A stretch of 64,000 nt of DNA from Vicugna vicugna (Eukaryota): assembly GCA_013265495.1 (NCBI GenBank), contig MU058384.1, positions 5,142,792-5,206,791 on the forward strand. The letters run 5' to 3'. This document shows positions 1 through 13,289 of the stretch, piece by piece (the stretch's first letter is position 1; each line of letters begins with the position of its first letter). Both the position numbers and the translations under genes were made by a program. Under the pieces are notes generated by a model. It was not told where the DNA came from, did not search any database, and saw nothing but the letters and a program-made list of their open reading frames with translations.

Positions 1-154
1 GTTTAGGGCTTTGACCCATTTTGAGTTAATTTTTGTATGTGATACAAGGTGAGGCTTCACCTTCATTCTTTTGCTTGTGGATACCCAGTTTTCCCAGCAC
101 TGTTTGTTGAAAAGACTGTACTTTCCCTATTGAGTCGTCTTCGCACCCTTATTG
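1..154 (-). mobile_element. L1 (LINE-1) ORF2 fragment in HBS1L intron, runs off window start
   Basis: Reverse-strand L1 ORF2 hallmark text: 'ccattttgagttaatttttgtat...ccagttttcccagcactgtttgttgaaaagactg'. Confidence 0.8.
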
Positions 155-839
155 CCACTTAGTCTTTTTGATATTAAATTTCTTTACATATGAAACATGA
201 ACAATAATAGCTAATATATAGGGTCACCCGCTAACTCCATGTTTACTATGTACTAGGCACTACTTTAAAATAACATTATCTGGTTTTCCTCATTTAGTGA
301 CACGGGACCTGAGGCTGGGGACATTGAGGGGAGAAGGGTTGTTACAGGATTTACCTCAAATCACACTCAGGATTTGAACTCAGGTCTGCTTGACTTCAAC
401 ACCTGTCTAAACTCCCATATAATATTTTATTCTCATTAGCTGGCAATGAATACAGTTAATTACTACTATCATGTGATTTCCCTTCCCCTCGTTTTTTATG
501 ATGAAATAGTTCACATTCGTTGAACATCTTATTGTGCCAAGCATCATCTCTGATCCTATGTTAACTCTTATCAAAATCCTGTGAGGAAGGTTATGTCATT
601 TACTCAGGTTTACACAGTAGGTGGTGGGGGAGAAATTGGAACTTCTTCGCATGACCTCTTCCCCTAGTAAATTAAGGGACAACCTGATTAGAGTGGTGGG
701 ACTTGGAGGAAGGAACTGGGGAGGCTGACAGACTCTGGGCAGCACTGCTAAGTTTAGTATGATTAAATGTGTGTGCTGGAATAAAAGGCCAGAGATGCTG
801 TGGTGAGCAGCTCTTTAGTGTTACAATTTTTTGTTGTAG

Positions 840-940
840 GTGCTGTTACACTACCAAACTGTCAGTGAACCCGCCGTTATTAAACGATTGATTAGTGTCT
901 TGAACAAAAGCACTGGTGAAGTCACAAAGAAGAAGCCCAA
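840..940 (+). CDS. HBS1L: HBS1L (HBS1-like translational GTPase), third-last coding exon: [33 protein letters not shown](K)
   Basis: Acceptor ttgttgtag|G, donor CCCAA|gtgagt, 101 nt. Peptide matches eEF1A/eRF3-like domain III of HBS1L; phase 2 joins the next exon. Confidence 0.95.
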
Positions 941-1964
941 GTGAGTGTTTTAATGCATAAATGATAAGCACAATTTAAGCACATTCTTTACAGATTAATT
1001 TGTTTGTACAGTATTTCTCTGTGTCGTGAGGGAAGTCTGTTTCACTTGTTCCAGAAATCATTTTTATTAAGGACTAGACTAAAACACAAAAACAAATATT
1101 TAAGCTCCTGTTTTAGGTATGAATGCTAGATACAATTTCTGTTATGTATGGTGGTGATGGGTATTAATAAATATGTAAATATAAGTCTATGTATAAGTAT
1201 CAAGCCTCAGATACTGATGATACAGAACTGAAGGCATTTAAAAAATTAGTCCTACATTTTTAAAGATGAATTTGATTTATGCCTAGCCAGTTGCTCCAAA
1301 TTCCAGTTGATTATTCTTAACTTTCTTGTCACCTCCTCCTGAGACTCACTCCCTATGCTAAGAATACCCCAGGAAGAAAGCGAACTACACACTGTTTTTC
1401 TCCCGCCGGGAAAGTGCTCTTTTTTCTGCTTGAAGTCCACCTGGAGCCACCATGGTCACCGCCATGGCAGTCCCCTCTGATTACCATTAATATTTAAGTC
1501 TAGGTGTGGACAGCTCCCCTTTGGCTGGGATAGGCTTGGGATTTTTCAAAGGAAGTGCTTCCTGAGAAACTTGTGTTTCTTACTCTAATTCATATAGGCC
1601 AACCACAGTTTGGCTTGGCTGCTTCAGCTCTGGGGTTTTCCTCACTTCAGCCCTATGGGGAATCCCACCCAAAATCCCCTTTTTTCAGTCCTTGGGTGTT
1701 CCTCCTCATTTGCACCTGTGTAAGAGACCAAAGGTGGTTAGAGGGTTAATTTAGGGTTGGTTGCAAGTGGAAGAGAGACGCTTCACACTCCTCAAAACTC
1801 ATGCCTGTTTCTCTGTTAGTTAGAAAAAAGTGGCTACTCAATCTCTCTTTTAAAGATCTTTATTTTTAACTTGAGTCTTGAGTTTCTGGCATGAGTGTCT
1901 GCCACAGCGTGCTGAGAAGTGTGATGGAACTAATGGGTGGCATTTCTGGAGGACCATTCTTTTC

Positions 1965-2135
1965 TAAGCTCTGCCATAAGTGCTTTTGCGTGGTTTATAT
2001 TCTCAGCAACCATACAAAGCAGGTAATACTGTTTTCCCCAGTTTTCAGATGAGGAGACTGAGACTTAGAGAGACTGTATATCATATTCAGGGTCACAAAA
2101 GCTAGCAAGTGGCAGAGCCAGAATTCTAACCCAGT
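1965..2135 (-). mobile_element. MIR SINE remnant
   Basis: MIR core 'ccccagttttcagatgaggagactgagacttagagag...ggtcacaaaagctagcaagtggcagagccagaattctaaccca'. Confidence 0.75.
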
Positions 2136-3435
2136 CGGTTGGTTCACATAAATTATATATATATATATATCTTGGCGGGAGCCAGCCTGTTTAATTTAGG
2201 CAAGTGATTTGGAAAATTCTCAACCTGAAATTGGCTCATCAGAACTTCCCCCTCCCTGCTTCTGCTCCTGCTCCAGCCCCTGCCGCACAGTCCTAGCTCA
2301 GTAATGCTAGGTCTTAGGACGTTCTCATGTGTGTTTTTCCTGTCACCTTATTTGTAGCTTCATCCTTTTCTCTTACTTTACACCAAAACCATTTGGCCTT
2401 TCCCCTTCATTTCCACTCCAGGCACATCGTAGGCTCAATTGCTTTATATGGGATGGAATCAAACTTTCTAGAACCAAACTTAGATGCAAAATTTGCATGT
2501 ATTAGATGTTATTCTTCCTTAGGAGTGGAACCTTACGCTGAAATTCATCCCAGACCAATATTTAGAATTTGGGTAATACTTTTTAGAAACCTTGGCTTAT
2601 TCTATGTGTCTGTCCCTGAACTAATCTTTCAGAAGAGGAGTTTATGATTGCTATCCTCTGTCCTTCTAGAACACATCAAAATTGAACTAGAGAACATTTC
2701 AGAATGTCCCCTTTGGGTTCTGCCTCTTTCTATAAATCTGGTGGGGCACAGGTTTTTTATTTGTTTGCTTGTTTGTATGAAGCTGTTTACAGTCTGGCCC
2801 AGGCCTCATCCCCCTTCATTTCCTACAAACATCAGACTCTGGAAAAATCTTATGTGATTTTGTCCTGAACCTCTGTTAAAGATCCGCTGTTCCTATGTGA
2901 GAAAAAAAAAGGAAGGAGAGAGAGAGATTTAGGGCAGTGTGCTGGCACTGGGACATTTTCCTCTTTAAAGATAACTTTCTGATGCATAGTCTACTAGGTA
3001 GGGTTTTACCTGGGAAGACATAGGGCCTTGTGTTCCTCTTTTAAAAAGCAAGCCTGTCACTTTCTTTGTTAGAGAATTAAACCCCTGAATTCCATGAGGG
3101 AAGGAAAGGAAAGGCTTTGGTGGAGGGGTCTTGAGTATTTAGATTATAGAGCCCTTCAAGGGATAGAGTTGAATTTGCAGGATTGTTAAATATATAAATA
3201 TTATAACTAGCTAATATTTCTTAAATCTAGAATTCTCTCATTTCTTTCAGCTAACCCAGAAACATTTAAAAGCACATATTTTCATTTTTAAGAAAGCCTT
3301 TTATTTCTTTTCAAGCTTTTGAAAGACTAAGTTGATTTGTAGATTGAAAGTTAAATATTTATTTTTCAAGTTTTAATTACATTTATTTACTCTATTTGAT
3401 ACCCATTTGTTCCTTTATTTTATTTTTCTTGATAG

Positions 3436-3580
3436 ATTGTTGACCAAAGGCCAGAATGCATTGGTGGAGCTACAGACACAACGACCAGTGGCTCTTGAGC
3501 TGTACAAAGACTTCAAGGAGTTGGGGAGGTTTATGCTGCGGTATGGTGGTTCCACGATAGCTGCCGGGGTCGTCACTGAG
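3436..3580 (+). CDS. HBS1L: HBS1L penultimate coding exon: (K)[48 protein letters not shown]
   Basis: Acceptor ttcttgatag|A, donor GAG|gtaatt, 145 nt. Contains the LGRFMLR...TIAAG motif typical of the HBS1/eRF3/eEF1A C-terminus; lies within ORF 3407..3589. Confidence 0.96.
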
Positions 3581-4129
3581 GTAATTTAGTGGCTGCCTGT
3601 GTATCCATTAGTTATTATGTCTTTTTTTCCCCCTACTTTTTAAGAATGATTACAGAGATTTTATGGCCTGGCGGGGTACAGTTATGATATTGTAGTAACA
3701 TTTAAAAATTTGTATTAAAGTAATTAAAAGAATGATAGGAAGAAAGTATTTGGTCTTAGATATTCCACGCTATCTTCTTCACCAGTATTAGTGCTCAAAA
3801 TTAAAGGAAACTCATTGAAAAATAGATCTATAAGTATGCAGTCCAAATTATGAGAATATAGACTTGGAGTCAGATGAATTGGGGGTAGTGACTTCATTTA
3901 ACAGAAGAGCCCTTGTTAAATTTTTTTTTTTTTAAATAACTGGCTCTCGGTGCATTTGAAATGATTCATTCAAAAAGTTCAGTTAATATACTAGTAATGT
4001 TTCTGAAACATACTTATTATATAATGAAAGGTACAATTGAGTTTTGGAGAAGATAATGAGAAATGAACCAGAATCTCAGTATTCAAATTTTCTATCACAC
4101 TATCATAGTTAATATAGATCGTATGAATA

Positions 4130-4586
4130 CAGGCGTGCCTCACTTTATTAGCCTTACAGATACTGTGTTTCTTTTACAAAATGAAGGTGTGTGGCAACCT
4201 TGTGTCGAGCAAGTCTGTGGGTACTCACTTTGTGTCTCTGTGTCATATTTTGGTAATTCTTGCGGTATTCCAAACTTTTGTATTATTATTATATTTGCTA
4301 TGATGCTCTGTGATCCATAATCTTTGCTGTCACTATTACAAAAAGATTATGACTTCCTGAAGGCTCAGATGATGGTTAGCATTTTTTAGCAAAAAAGTAT
4401 TTTTAAGTTATGTGTATTTTTTTTTAGACATAATGCTATTGCACTCTTAACAGGCAGTGTTAGAGTGTAAATATAACTTTGATGTACACTGGGAAAGCCG
4501 AAAATTCCTGTGACTCGCTTTATTGCGATTCATACTTTATTGCAGCAGTCTGGAACCAAACCCACAATATCTCCGAGGTGTGCCTG
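4130..4586 (+). mobile_element. Internally deleted Tigger1-derived DNA transposon (Tigger1a-like, TcMar), in last HBS1L intron
   Basis: TIRs CAGGCGTGCCTC (4130) and GAGGTGTGCCTG (ends 4586); TA target duplications at 4128-4129 and 4587-4588; both ends resemble the Tigger1 consensus. Confidence 0.88.
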
Positions 4587-4731
4587 TATTATATTTTTAA
4601 AGGGGGCTTCATTACTTCATGTGATTGTTTTCTGCCTAAAACTTACTCAGGCCATTTAATTGCATGGTTATTTTGAACATAAGGCTTTAGATTGCATCAA
4701 AATTCATTTATTATACATGTATCTTGTAAAA

Positions 4732-4937
4732 GGCTCTGGAGTTAACTTTAAGTCCAGGTTTGAGGTACTGCTCCATGGGTTCCTAGCAGCAGAAGTACCA
4801 TATTTCTCCTGCAATTTATTCATCTGTAAAAATGGGGTGAAAGAACCTACCTCCTGGAGTTATGAAATGAAATAATCTGTACAAAGCACTTGGCACAGTG
4901 ATTGACATTCAGAAAGCATTCAATAAATGTTAGCTAA
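4732..4937 (+). mobile_element. MIR SINE remnant
   Basis: 'catctgtaaaaatggggtg...aaagcacttggcacagtg...ttcaataaatgttagct'. Confidence 0.75.
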
Positions 4938-5188
4938 TGTCATTGTCATCAGCATCACATTTAATCTGTCAAAATGTTCTTTATAAAAGAGCATTCTAAA
5001 GTAAGATACAGTTTCTTGTGGAAAATAATGGAGCGATTATAGAAAATCTCAAATAACATGAATAGGGAAGGAAAGAAGTTGCCGGAAAAAGAAACTTGAT
5101 GTAATGTTTATTCCACTGCCATTTTCCTCTTGTTGTTTGTATAACGTGATTGGTTAAATTATAGCAAATATTTTTTTTTCCTTTACAG

Positions 5189-5200
5189 ATAAAAGAATGA
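5189..5200 (+). CDS. HBS1L: HBS1L terminal coding exon: IKE* followed by 3' UTR
   Basis: Strong acceptor tttttttttcctttacag|ATA AAA GAA TGA; gives the C-terminus ...VVTEIKE as recalled for mammalian HBS1L. Confidence 0.92.
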   Translation: MKE

Positions 5201-5818
5201 TGGGTCAAAATTTCTACCATGTTTCTTGTTGCAGTGAAATAGCTAACTGAAGAATCCAGTTCTTCAGTTAAGGCAACAATGTGCAATTGATATTTTTTAA
5301 GATGAGAGAGAAAATTAAAGTTATAATCAGCTACAAAGAAGTATTACTTATCACTCCTGCAAAAATTTCAGGTTGCCAACTGGTAAAGAAAGGCTAATAC
5401 TTTACTTTCATTTAAAAAACTGTCTTTTCCTTTGGAATCTTAGTAAATGGATTTACCTCGCTGAGATCAATGGAAACTATGAAACACATGTGTTAGAAGA
5501 CATTGAACCATCATGAGGCAAACTCTACTTTCAGACAAACCGCAAAATGTTTACAGTTTTCTCTTGTGATTTTCAAGTCTACTACATACGTTCTTAAGGA
5601 AAAACAACTAAAATTGGCCATTGAGTTAGTTAATATTTGACCTGAGCAGTTTTCTTAGTTAACTCTTAGAAAAGATTAGGCGAAGGTTATGATAAAGGTA
5701 TTTTGTGTTGCGCCTAAGAATGTTCTTCCTTCACCAAGCAACCATTTGAAAGCTTAGTTTGGAATCAGTGGAAATTGTTCTTTGTAACCAAGATACTATT
5801 TAAGGTGTAAAGCCAGCT

Positions 5819-5876
5819 AATAAAATGTCTTAGTTTGAGCATAACAGCAAAATGTGTTGTGTTTCTTGTGTTGTTG
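5819..5876 (+). terminator. HBS1L: HBS1L polyadenylation signal (AATAAA 5819-5824) with GT-rich downstream element
   Basis: AATAAA ~620 nt after the stop, followed ~30 nt later by 'tgtgttgtgtttcttgtgttgttg'. A proximal ATTAAA lies at 5314-5319. Confidence 0.7.
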
Positions 5877-8800
5877 AGATTCTAAGTAGGACTTGGGGGT
5901 TTTATAGGATCTTTTCCACCTAAGAGTTTTCTGACTCACATGAATTCTTGCTTTCTAATAGCAAATTAAATGTAGTCTCATCCATTTCTCACCATAACTT
6001 AACTTTATTTTTCCCAGTCTCACTGGTACAACCACACACATGATGACTTTACCTTGTGTGCCTTGTAGACCATAAGTCCCCCATGAGTCAAAGTCATGTT
6101 TTTCTTTACAGTTTTGCCAAACTCCAAGGCGAATTTCACTGACAAGTATTTGTTGAACCCCCTCCTAGATACAGTAGCTTTAGAGTAGACTTTGTCCTCA
6201 GCTGAGTCCGAGACTCCGAGCTGATGGACCACAGGATGCAGTTTTTTCTTGGGAAACGGTGTGATTTGTGTATTGATGGCTCACCATGTTCAGCAGCATT
6301 TCTTCTTAACTGAAGGGTAACACTGGTGTGGGGAAGTGTACAGAGCAGGAACGTGCTGCTCAGTGGATATCAGAGGGAACCCAGTTCCTTACCGAAAACT
6401 GTGTAGTTGTCACTTGAGAGTAACCTTCTAAGGCAAGAAGGTGTTTTATGTATGTATTATATTGATCAGAAATTTAACAGGTATATCTGACAGAAGACTA
6501 ACTTAAAGTGACTTCAGCAAAAAAGAAAGATGAGTGGTAGCATTCAGTCGGTCTAGCCCGCCTAGCCCCCGGTGTCAGCAAGGACTCTGCTGGTCTCTGC
6601 CTTTTGCAGTGTTGGCTTTGCCCTTAGACTCTGTGCAGAACACCCTGCGATTCCACTCTAGATCCTCAGAGCCTCTGTCCAGGGCATGAACAGGCTGAAA
6701 GAACATGTCTTTTGCAGAAATCCTAAAAACATCTCACCATTAACTATAATTGAGTTTAATTTCTTTCCTTGGGGGCATCTTTTGGAAGGGAAGTGAATAT
6801 CACCCAAAGCACATAGCTGAGGACTGTGGATGGGTTGGAAGGAAATTCAGGATACTGTAGGGAAGGGGAAATGGATTGGGGGTGGGGAGAGGAGGCTTCG
6901 AAAGCAAGAGACATCCACTCTGCTAGTGTGTATAAGGCCACGATAGAATTGAGAGTTTTAAAAAAGAATTTAGCATAAAACAAATAGTAGCAGTAGTAGA
7001 AATGAATTTATTTCTTTTTAAATTGGGGTAAGTGGTCTTTTTATTTACATTATGTTCACAATTGATTGCTGTTGACGGGGATGGCGCTATAAAGAGGACC
7101 CACAGTGGGAGGTCGGGTTTAAGTGACAAGATGTGCAGGAAGTATGTTCCAGCTCAGTTTTGGTCTGAAATCCTTTCCCTGAAACTCATCCCCACCAAAC
7201 AGTACGTCCATTTGGGGTCATTTTGCTTCAGATACTTTTTGTCTTTGCTTCTTCCCATTTATGGTTTCACTGTCTCTTCACACACGTGGCTTGTCCCCTG
7301 CCCTCCTCTCTTCATGGGTCTCCACTAGATCAATTATTTCAAGGGTAACTTGGCTGAAAAAAAATTTCAGATCCATGCTTTGACAATAGAGTTTTTCCAC
7401 ATGTTCATTATTTATGACAGTATTTGAGTTTCAGATATTCAAATATTGATTTAGAAAACAATTTCTAGACATAGTGTTTTTTCCTCCCATGAGTATGTGG
7501 ATCAATAATAATTCTAACCATTGTTAAAATGTAATTGGTCACTCTAGAAAATTTGGAAAATACAGAAAAGTAGAGAGAGGAATCAAATTCACCCATAGTA
7601 ATATTGCCTACATATTACCGCCTCTACCATGTTGATATGTTTCTTTTCTGTCTCTAGTGGATATTTTTTGTAGTTGCGATCATTAGTCAGTGTCTTGTCA
7701 TTGCGTAATGTAATCAAGATTTTTCAATACAAATATTAGTAGCTTTTTAAAAAATGATGTAAAATTATAAAATTACAAACCCCGATGTATAGGAATAAGT
7801 CAGGATTATTCAGCTAAAAAAAAAATAGCTGGATAAGAAGGCCTGATAAAAACTACTACATCATTATTTTTTAGCTTCTCTCTAAAGTATCCAACAGAAA
7901 TGTATAAATAGGAAAACCTTCCTCCCTAACGCGAGACTGCCGTGTTCCAGGCCCAGGAGACAGCTCTGGAGCTCAGGCATTCCTGGGACTGACAGTTCAG
8001 CCAGGGGGTTTCTCAGCACCACAAACTACAGATGAGAGTCAACAGTACGAAAGCATCCCAGGAGGATGCAGCCTAAAGACAGCGCACGAGGGGCAAGGTG
8101 GGGGTGCGGGACCGTTAGTGCTGAAGGAAAATTTTACTTACGTAAAAGACTCTCTTGAGTTAAAGTAATTCAACCTGCAAATTATAATCTACTCCCAATT
8201 CAGTGATTAGGGGAGGGAGGGAAGGAGGCAGGTTTTGCACTGGCAAAATCATCCAACAGGTCAGCTTTGGGCCTCTACACCAGCAACACTTAAAATCCCA
8301 CCAACAGTAAAAGCCATTCTTTAGACCCCACCCACCTCCAGTAAGAACCACACCAATGGGGATCTTGACAGTGGGGCTGCAGCTGACACAAGCCAGCAGA
8401 ACAAGTGACATGAGGGATGGGTCCAAGAGACAAGGTGAGCAGCCCGAGAATGACCCCCGTTGAAGGTAACGTAAACCCTTCTGCAGCCGAGGGCTTGGAG
8501 TCTTGCCAGCAGAGGAAAAGTAGAATGGATCAAGTAATTTACAATCTGGTTCTTTGAAAATGCCAAAGATAGATTTTTAAAAGGAAAAAAATAAGTGAAC
8601 ACACTAGGGATGAGATGGAGCATAAACTATACATGATGAAGATTAATTAGAATCCCATGCAGATCATTAGGTTCAGTTCCCCAGGGAACCCTGGCTTCTG
8701 ACCACTGTAAAGGAAATGGGTTACTGTGTGCTTCTAAGGGAACTTGTCCCACCTTGGAATACCTTCATGGCTGCAATTTTATATTAACTTGTAGGTTAAT

Positions 8801-9539
8801 TATTGTTTTCTCCTTTCACTAAAACACAAGTCCCAAGAGGACAGAGACTTTTTCTGTTTTACTTATGATTCTTTTTTAGCAACTAGTGTCGTCCCTCACA
8901 CGTAAGATTGTTAAATGAATGCAAGAATTAAGGCTGGTGGTAGCAGTATGGATGATTTGAATTTCTTTACGTCTGTATTGTCTGAAAATGACAAGCTTTT
9001 GTTTCTATTATAATGCTATGTGTGAAGGGGCTATTTTTTACAGTGAAGGAAAGAGAACTTATTAGAAGCAAACTTTAAAAATGCTTTTAAAAAATGCTTC
9101 AGTCTGTCCTTTTGTCTGGTGAACAGCAGCCCCATCTTGGGGTCTTTCCTGAACTGAGGTGACCCTCTTGAGCCTGGAAGATTCAAATGTGCTTGCCTTT
9201 CAGAAAAGGAACCAGAAATGAACTGGCTGCCAGGGAGTCTCCCAGCTCTCAGGTGGACTGTGCGACAGCGGGGGGTAGAGGATACCTTGTACTTTCTAAT
9301 CCTGGGCTTGGATGTATTTCTTTTTATTTAAGGATGGTTAAGAAATACCGTAACAGGCCTGTGGGAAAACCTCTAGTACTTCAGCACGTGCAGGCAAAAA
9401 CCTTTCTGAAATTTCAGGTATACTGCAGGAAACCAAAGTTTTCTTTAACTGCTGCATGGTATCTGGAAGAGGTACAAGACTGTTGCTTACTTGAGGAGAC
9501 AACCAAGACAGGTTAGAAGAGCTATGTGGGAACCTAAAT

Positions 9540-11070
9540 CATAAATAGCAAAATTCAAATATTCACTGAAGGCTGTGAAGTAGATAATCATTGGAGAAGA
9601 CTGGATGATTATAGAAGTTGTCCTTGGAAACCAATCCTAGAATTCAGATAGGTGAAAATGATGAACAGGAAGACCCGGAGATTGCATGTGAGGAGAGCAC
9701 ACCATATCTTAGGTCCAACATCACAAAGGACTTACAACCAGATTAAACAAATCTTGGGAACAAAACTCCCCAGAAAATGATCTTCAAAGAAGCAAAAACT
9801 GAGCCTCAGTCTTCTCAGCAATGCTAAATTCCAAAAGGCAAAGGGATAAAGGAGCTAAATATGTAAAACTTTAAATTACAGGGATTATAACCCACAAATT
9901 CCTTACTCAGCTCTGGCATTGTTTACAGGTGAAGGAAAGAACGTCTCAGAAGATGCCCTTCTGGGAGAGGAATGAAGGAATTTAAAATGCTCAGATCATA
10001 AAGAGGTAGTTCAAAACTTTAAGACTGGGGACAGCGTGGTAGAAAATTCTGCAGCAAGCATATGTTGAAGCCCATCATTTATTGATGCCATCAAAGACCA
10101 CCGGGACACAACTGAGCTCAAAATTATTTTATTGATGCGTGCTGCAGCCAGAGAGACCACACACCGTGGAGGAGTTGAGGTCTTCTAAAGGTGTAAGAAG
10201 GGGCTTGTTAAAGAATTTGAGCACAAGTAGGTAACTATGAGGAGGGCTCAACTGAGCGAGGGTCTCTTCTGGATTGGCTGCTGTTGGAAAGTGGGAGTAA
10301 TTCTGTTGTTGAGTATCAGTTTTCATGTAGGAGGAGGTAGGAGAAACGGAGCAAGGTAAACAGCAGCAGTCACCCATGTTGGCCACAAGAGGGCGATGTT
10401 TAGTTATTTTTAATTTTAGTCTGTGCTCAGGTGTGGTTCCAGGATCTCATTTCATCAGGATCAAGCAATAACCTTGTCTGATGTCAGAGATTTAGGAATT
10501 GTCAGTGTTCAATAGGAGAACACCATGGCCTAGTTGCAAGTGCCAAGCCAGCTTTCAGTCTTCAGAAGATCACTTTTGTCTCACACTGAAACTACTTAAA
10601 TATGTAGAAGTAAATTAATAGTGTAAAACAAAATAATGAAGTAAATCAATTAAATTATACCTTAAATATGGTGACATGAAGTAGGAGAAGAGAAAGCATT
10701 AAGTTATTTATAGTCTATAAAGGAGTTGATTAATTTGTTAACTCTGATAATCACATAAAACAAAAGTTTTAAGAATGTTTAGGGTACCCACTAATGGAAC
10801 TAATAAAAATATTCATATCAATGCAAAAGACAAAAGCAAAGAAACTTAGTCTGTAGTGCAAAAAATAGAAAGGAAACAGCAAAAAAGTTAATCACATGAA
10901 GAAAAAGATAGCAATTATTACAATAAGTGAAAACAGTTCAGGATTTTCTCATAAAAATGTACACTGAAACTGCAAAGCTATTGATGCGCTATTTACAAAT
11001 GATATGCCTAAAATCAAGCTGTAGATTGAAAGAAAAAAAGAGGCACTGATGTATCAGGGAAATAAAAATA
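9540..11070 (+). mobile_element. Highly decayed ancient L1/HAL1 (ORF1-like and ORF2-start-like segments), interrupted ~10070-10460 by an LTR-like piece
   Basis: A-rich + strand sequence with degraded L1-like phrases ('ctgagcctcagtcttctcagcaatgctaaattccaaaaggcaa'; 'atagcaattattacaataagtg...ctatttacaaatga'). Boundaries are approximate. Confidence 0.45.
10383..10396 (+). promoter_or_regulatory. Candidate CTCF site
   Basis: TGG-CCACAAGAGGGCGA, close to the CCASYAGRKGGCRS core; 'gcagtcacc' upstream resembles the CTCF upstream motif. Confidence 0.5.
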
Positions 11071-12566
11071 ATTACCAAGGGTTGGGTGTCCACTGTGCCA
11101 GGCAGTTTTCACGCAATAGTTCAAACTAATATCCATTACAGATCTTGATTATGATTTGACTTTGGATTTAAGATACGAAGTCTCTTTCTGGAAAACTCCT
11201 GTTTATGTCGCCCCCCAAATCCCACATTTCACAGAGACCCCATCTCTGGTTTGTTGTTTGTATCACCTGAAGAGGGTCGTGTCAATTTCTGGCATGTATT
11301 CTGCTGAGATCTGGTCCCTCTGTTCAGCTCCATCTCTGCAAATCTCTGCACCTGTGCTTTGCTCTTGATCTCAGGGTCAAGTAGTCAGAAGGAAGATGGG
11401 TCCAGAACAAGTATTTCCTCTGCCTGGAATTACCTACTCCTTTTTGTCTTCTAACTTTCTCTCCATCCTTCCTCATCCTCTTCAAAGTCTCATTCCATGA
11501 CCTCTCCATTCAACCTCTGGTGAATGTACTCTCATTCCCTGCCCTGTGTTCTGAGTCCAGTGCACACCCCCAGGGGCACCCTCGAGCTACTACACTGTGA
11601 TCTGTGTTCACCGCTCTCTCTTCCCCTGTTCTTCTAGCATCAAGTCTCTCTTTCCCCATGGCCCCTGGAATCTAGGAGATGCTCACTTGACAAACTTGCT
11701 GCACTTCCTGGTGGCCCACACAGGTGGTTCCAAACTCCAGAAACGCCCTAAAGTTTTTAGAGCGCCTACATCAGGGATTGCCTCACTCCCTTCAAAGGGG
11801 CTAACTTTTGTCTAGGAGGGGAAAGCACTCTATTCTCTTCTGGAGTATTCTAGAACTAGTAGTTCCCTTAGAACTCCAGTATATCTAATACCTCACATCT
11901 ATAATTTTTGTCAGTTGAGCTCAAAGTCTTGAGTTCTCTATCCTCGCTGTGCAGGACCTGGCACTCAATCTGCCCTCAGAGGGATGGTGGGGGCAGATCT
12001 GGTTGCTGCTAATGGCAGTAAGTACACTGCCCCCTGGGGTAAGAATGATATTCCAGGCCTCAGCAGATCGTGCACTGGAAAGCTGGTGGAGCCGGCCAGG
12101 AGAACTCAGGAGCAGGGGATACCCAGGGCACAGTAAGGCAAGTAGAACCACCAGGGAGTAGGGCCTCTTCCCCTAGGCCTGGGTGCGGGATTTTATGTCT
12201 TCTTAAGGGAAACAGACAAGCAAAATATTGGTCCCCAGTTTAGAGGGAAGGACTTGAAGGCATGTCAGGGCTCCGGTGTGAGGACTGGGATCAAAGGAGG
12301 TGGCCAGACTCTCAGGGAAGCCACGTGCTCTGTCCTCAGCGGCTGGACCTCTCTCCCTCCTCGGCTGAGCTCTGGCTCCTGCAGGTGGGGATCAATGGTT
12401 GTGCTGTGGATGGAAAAGAGATGAGGGGACAGAGGGGGAAGGCTGGGGAAAGGACCACTATGTTAAGCAAAAATGGACCAGGTCTTGGCTGTTGTAACTA
12501 GAGCTGCTGAGAACATTGAGGTTCATGGATCTCCTTGAAGTAGAGATTGCTCTGGATGTATGCCCA

Positions 12567-12822
12567 GGATTACTCAGCCATAAAAAAGGAATGAAATAAT
12601 GCCATTTGCAGCAACGTGAGTGGACCTAGGGACACCATACTAAATGAAGTAAACCAGAAAGACAGAAATACCATATAATATCACTTACATGTGAAATCTA
12701 AAATTAAAAAAAAAAGACACAGATGAACTTCTTTACAAAACAGAAACAAACTTAGATATAGAAAACAAACTTATAGTTACAAGGGGTAAAGGTGGAGGAG
12801 GGATAAACTGTGAGTCTGGGAT
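12567..12822 (+). mobile_element. L1 fragment (end of ORF2 and part of 3' UTR, artiodactyl-type)
   Basis: 'tactcagccataaaaaaggaatgaaataatgccatttgcagcaac...gatgaacttctttacaaaacagaaaca...gaaaacaaacttatagttac'. Confidence 0.85.
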
Positions 12823-13289
12823 AAAATGGATACAGAACACCCCTTCAGTTTTTCAATAAAAGTTTGAAAATCAGAAAGGACCAGGTTAAGCCTGAACAGC
12901 AAATGGAGCGTTTCCCCCAGGACGAACGCCGGCGCTGCTGGTGGCGGGGCCCGATCCGGGTGGGGAACCGCTTTCTCATAAACATCAAGGACTGGGTCCA
13001 GTTCCCCACCCTCTTCTGCTATTATGGGGCAGAAAGCTCCTTCCTGCCTGTGTCATTTCTTTCTTTAAAAAGATTTCCCTTCGATAGTCCTCTAATTATA
13101 GTCTTCTGGATTATTAGGAACTATATAAAAAGAAATTCTCATGGATCAATCAACATGAGACCCAGTTGCTTCAGTTATATAATGCAGCTTGGGTGAGGTA
13201 AATCACGGTTAAGTGGCTTGAAGAAAAGAAGGGCGATGCATTATTTTTGAGCATGAAGTGCTGGGGCCAAGGTGGGCTCCTAGGACGTG

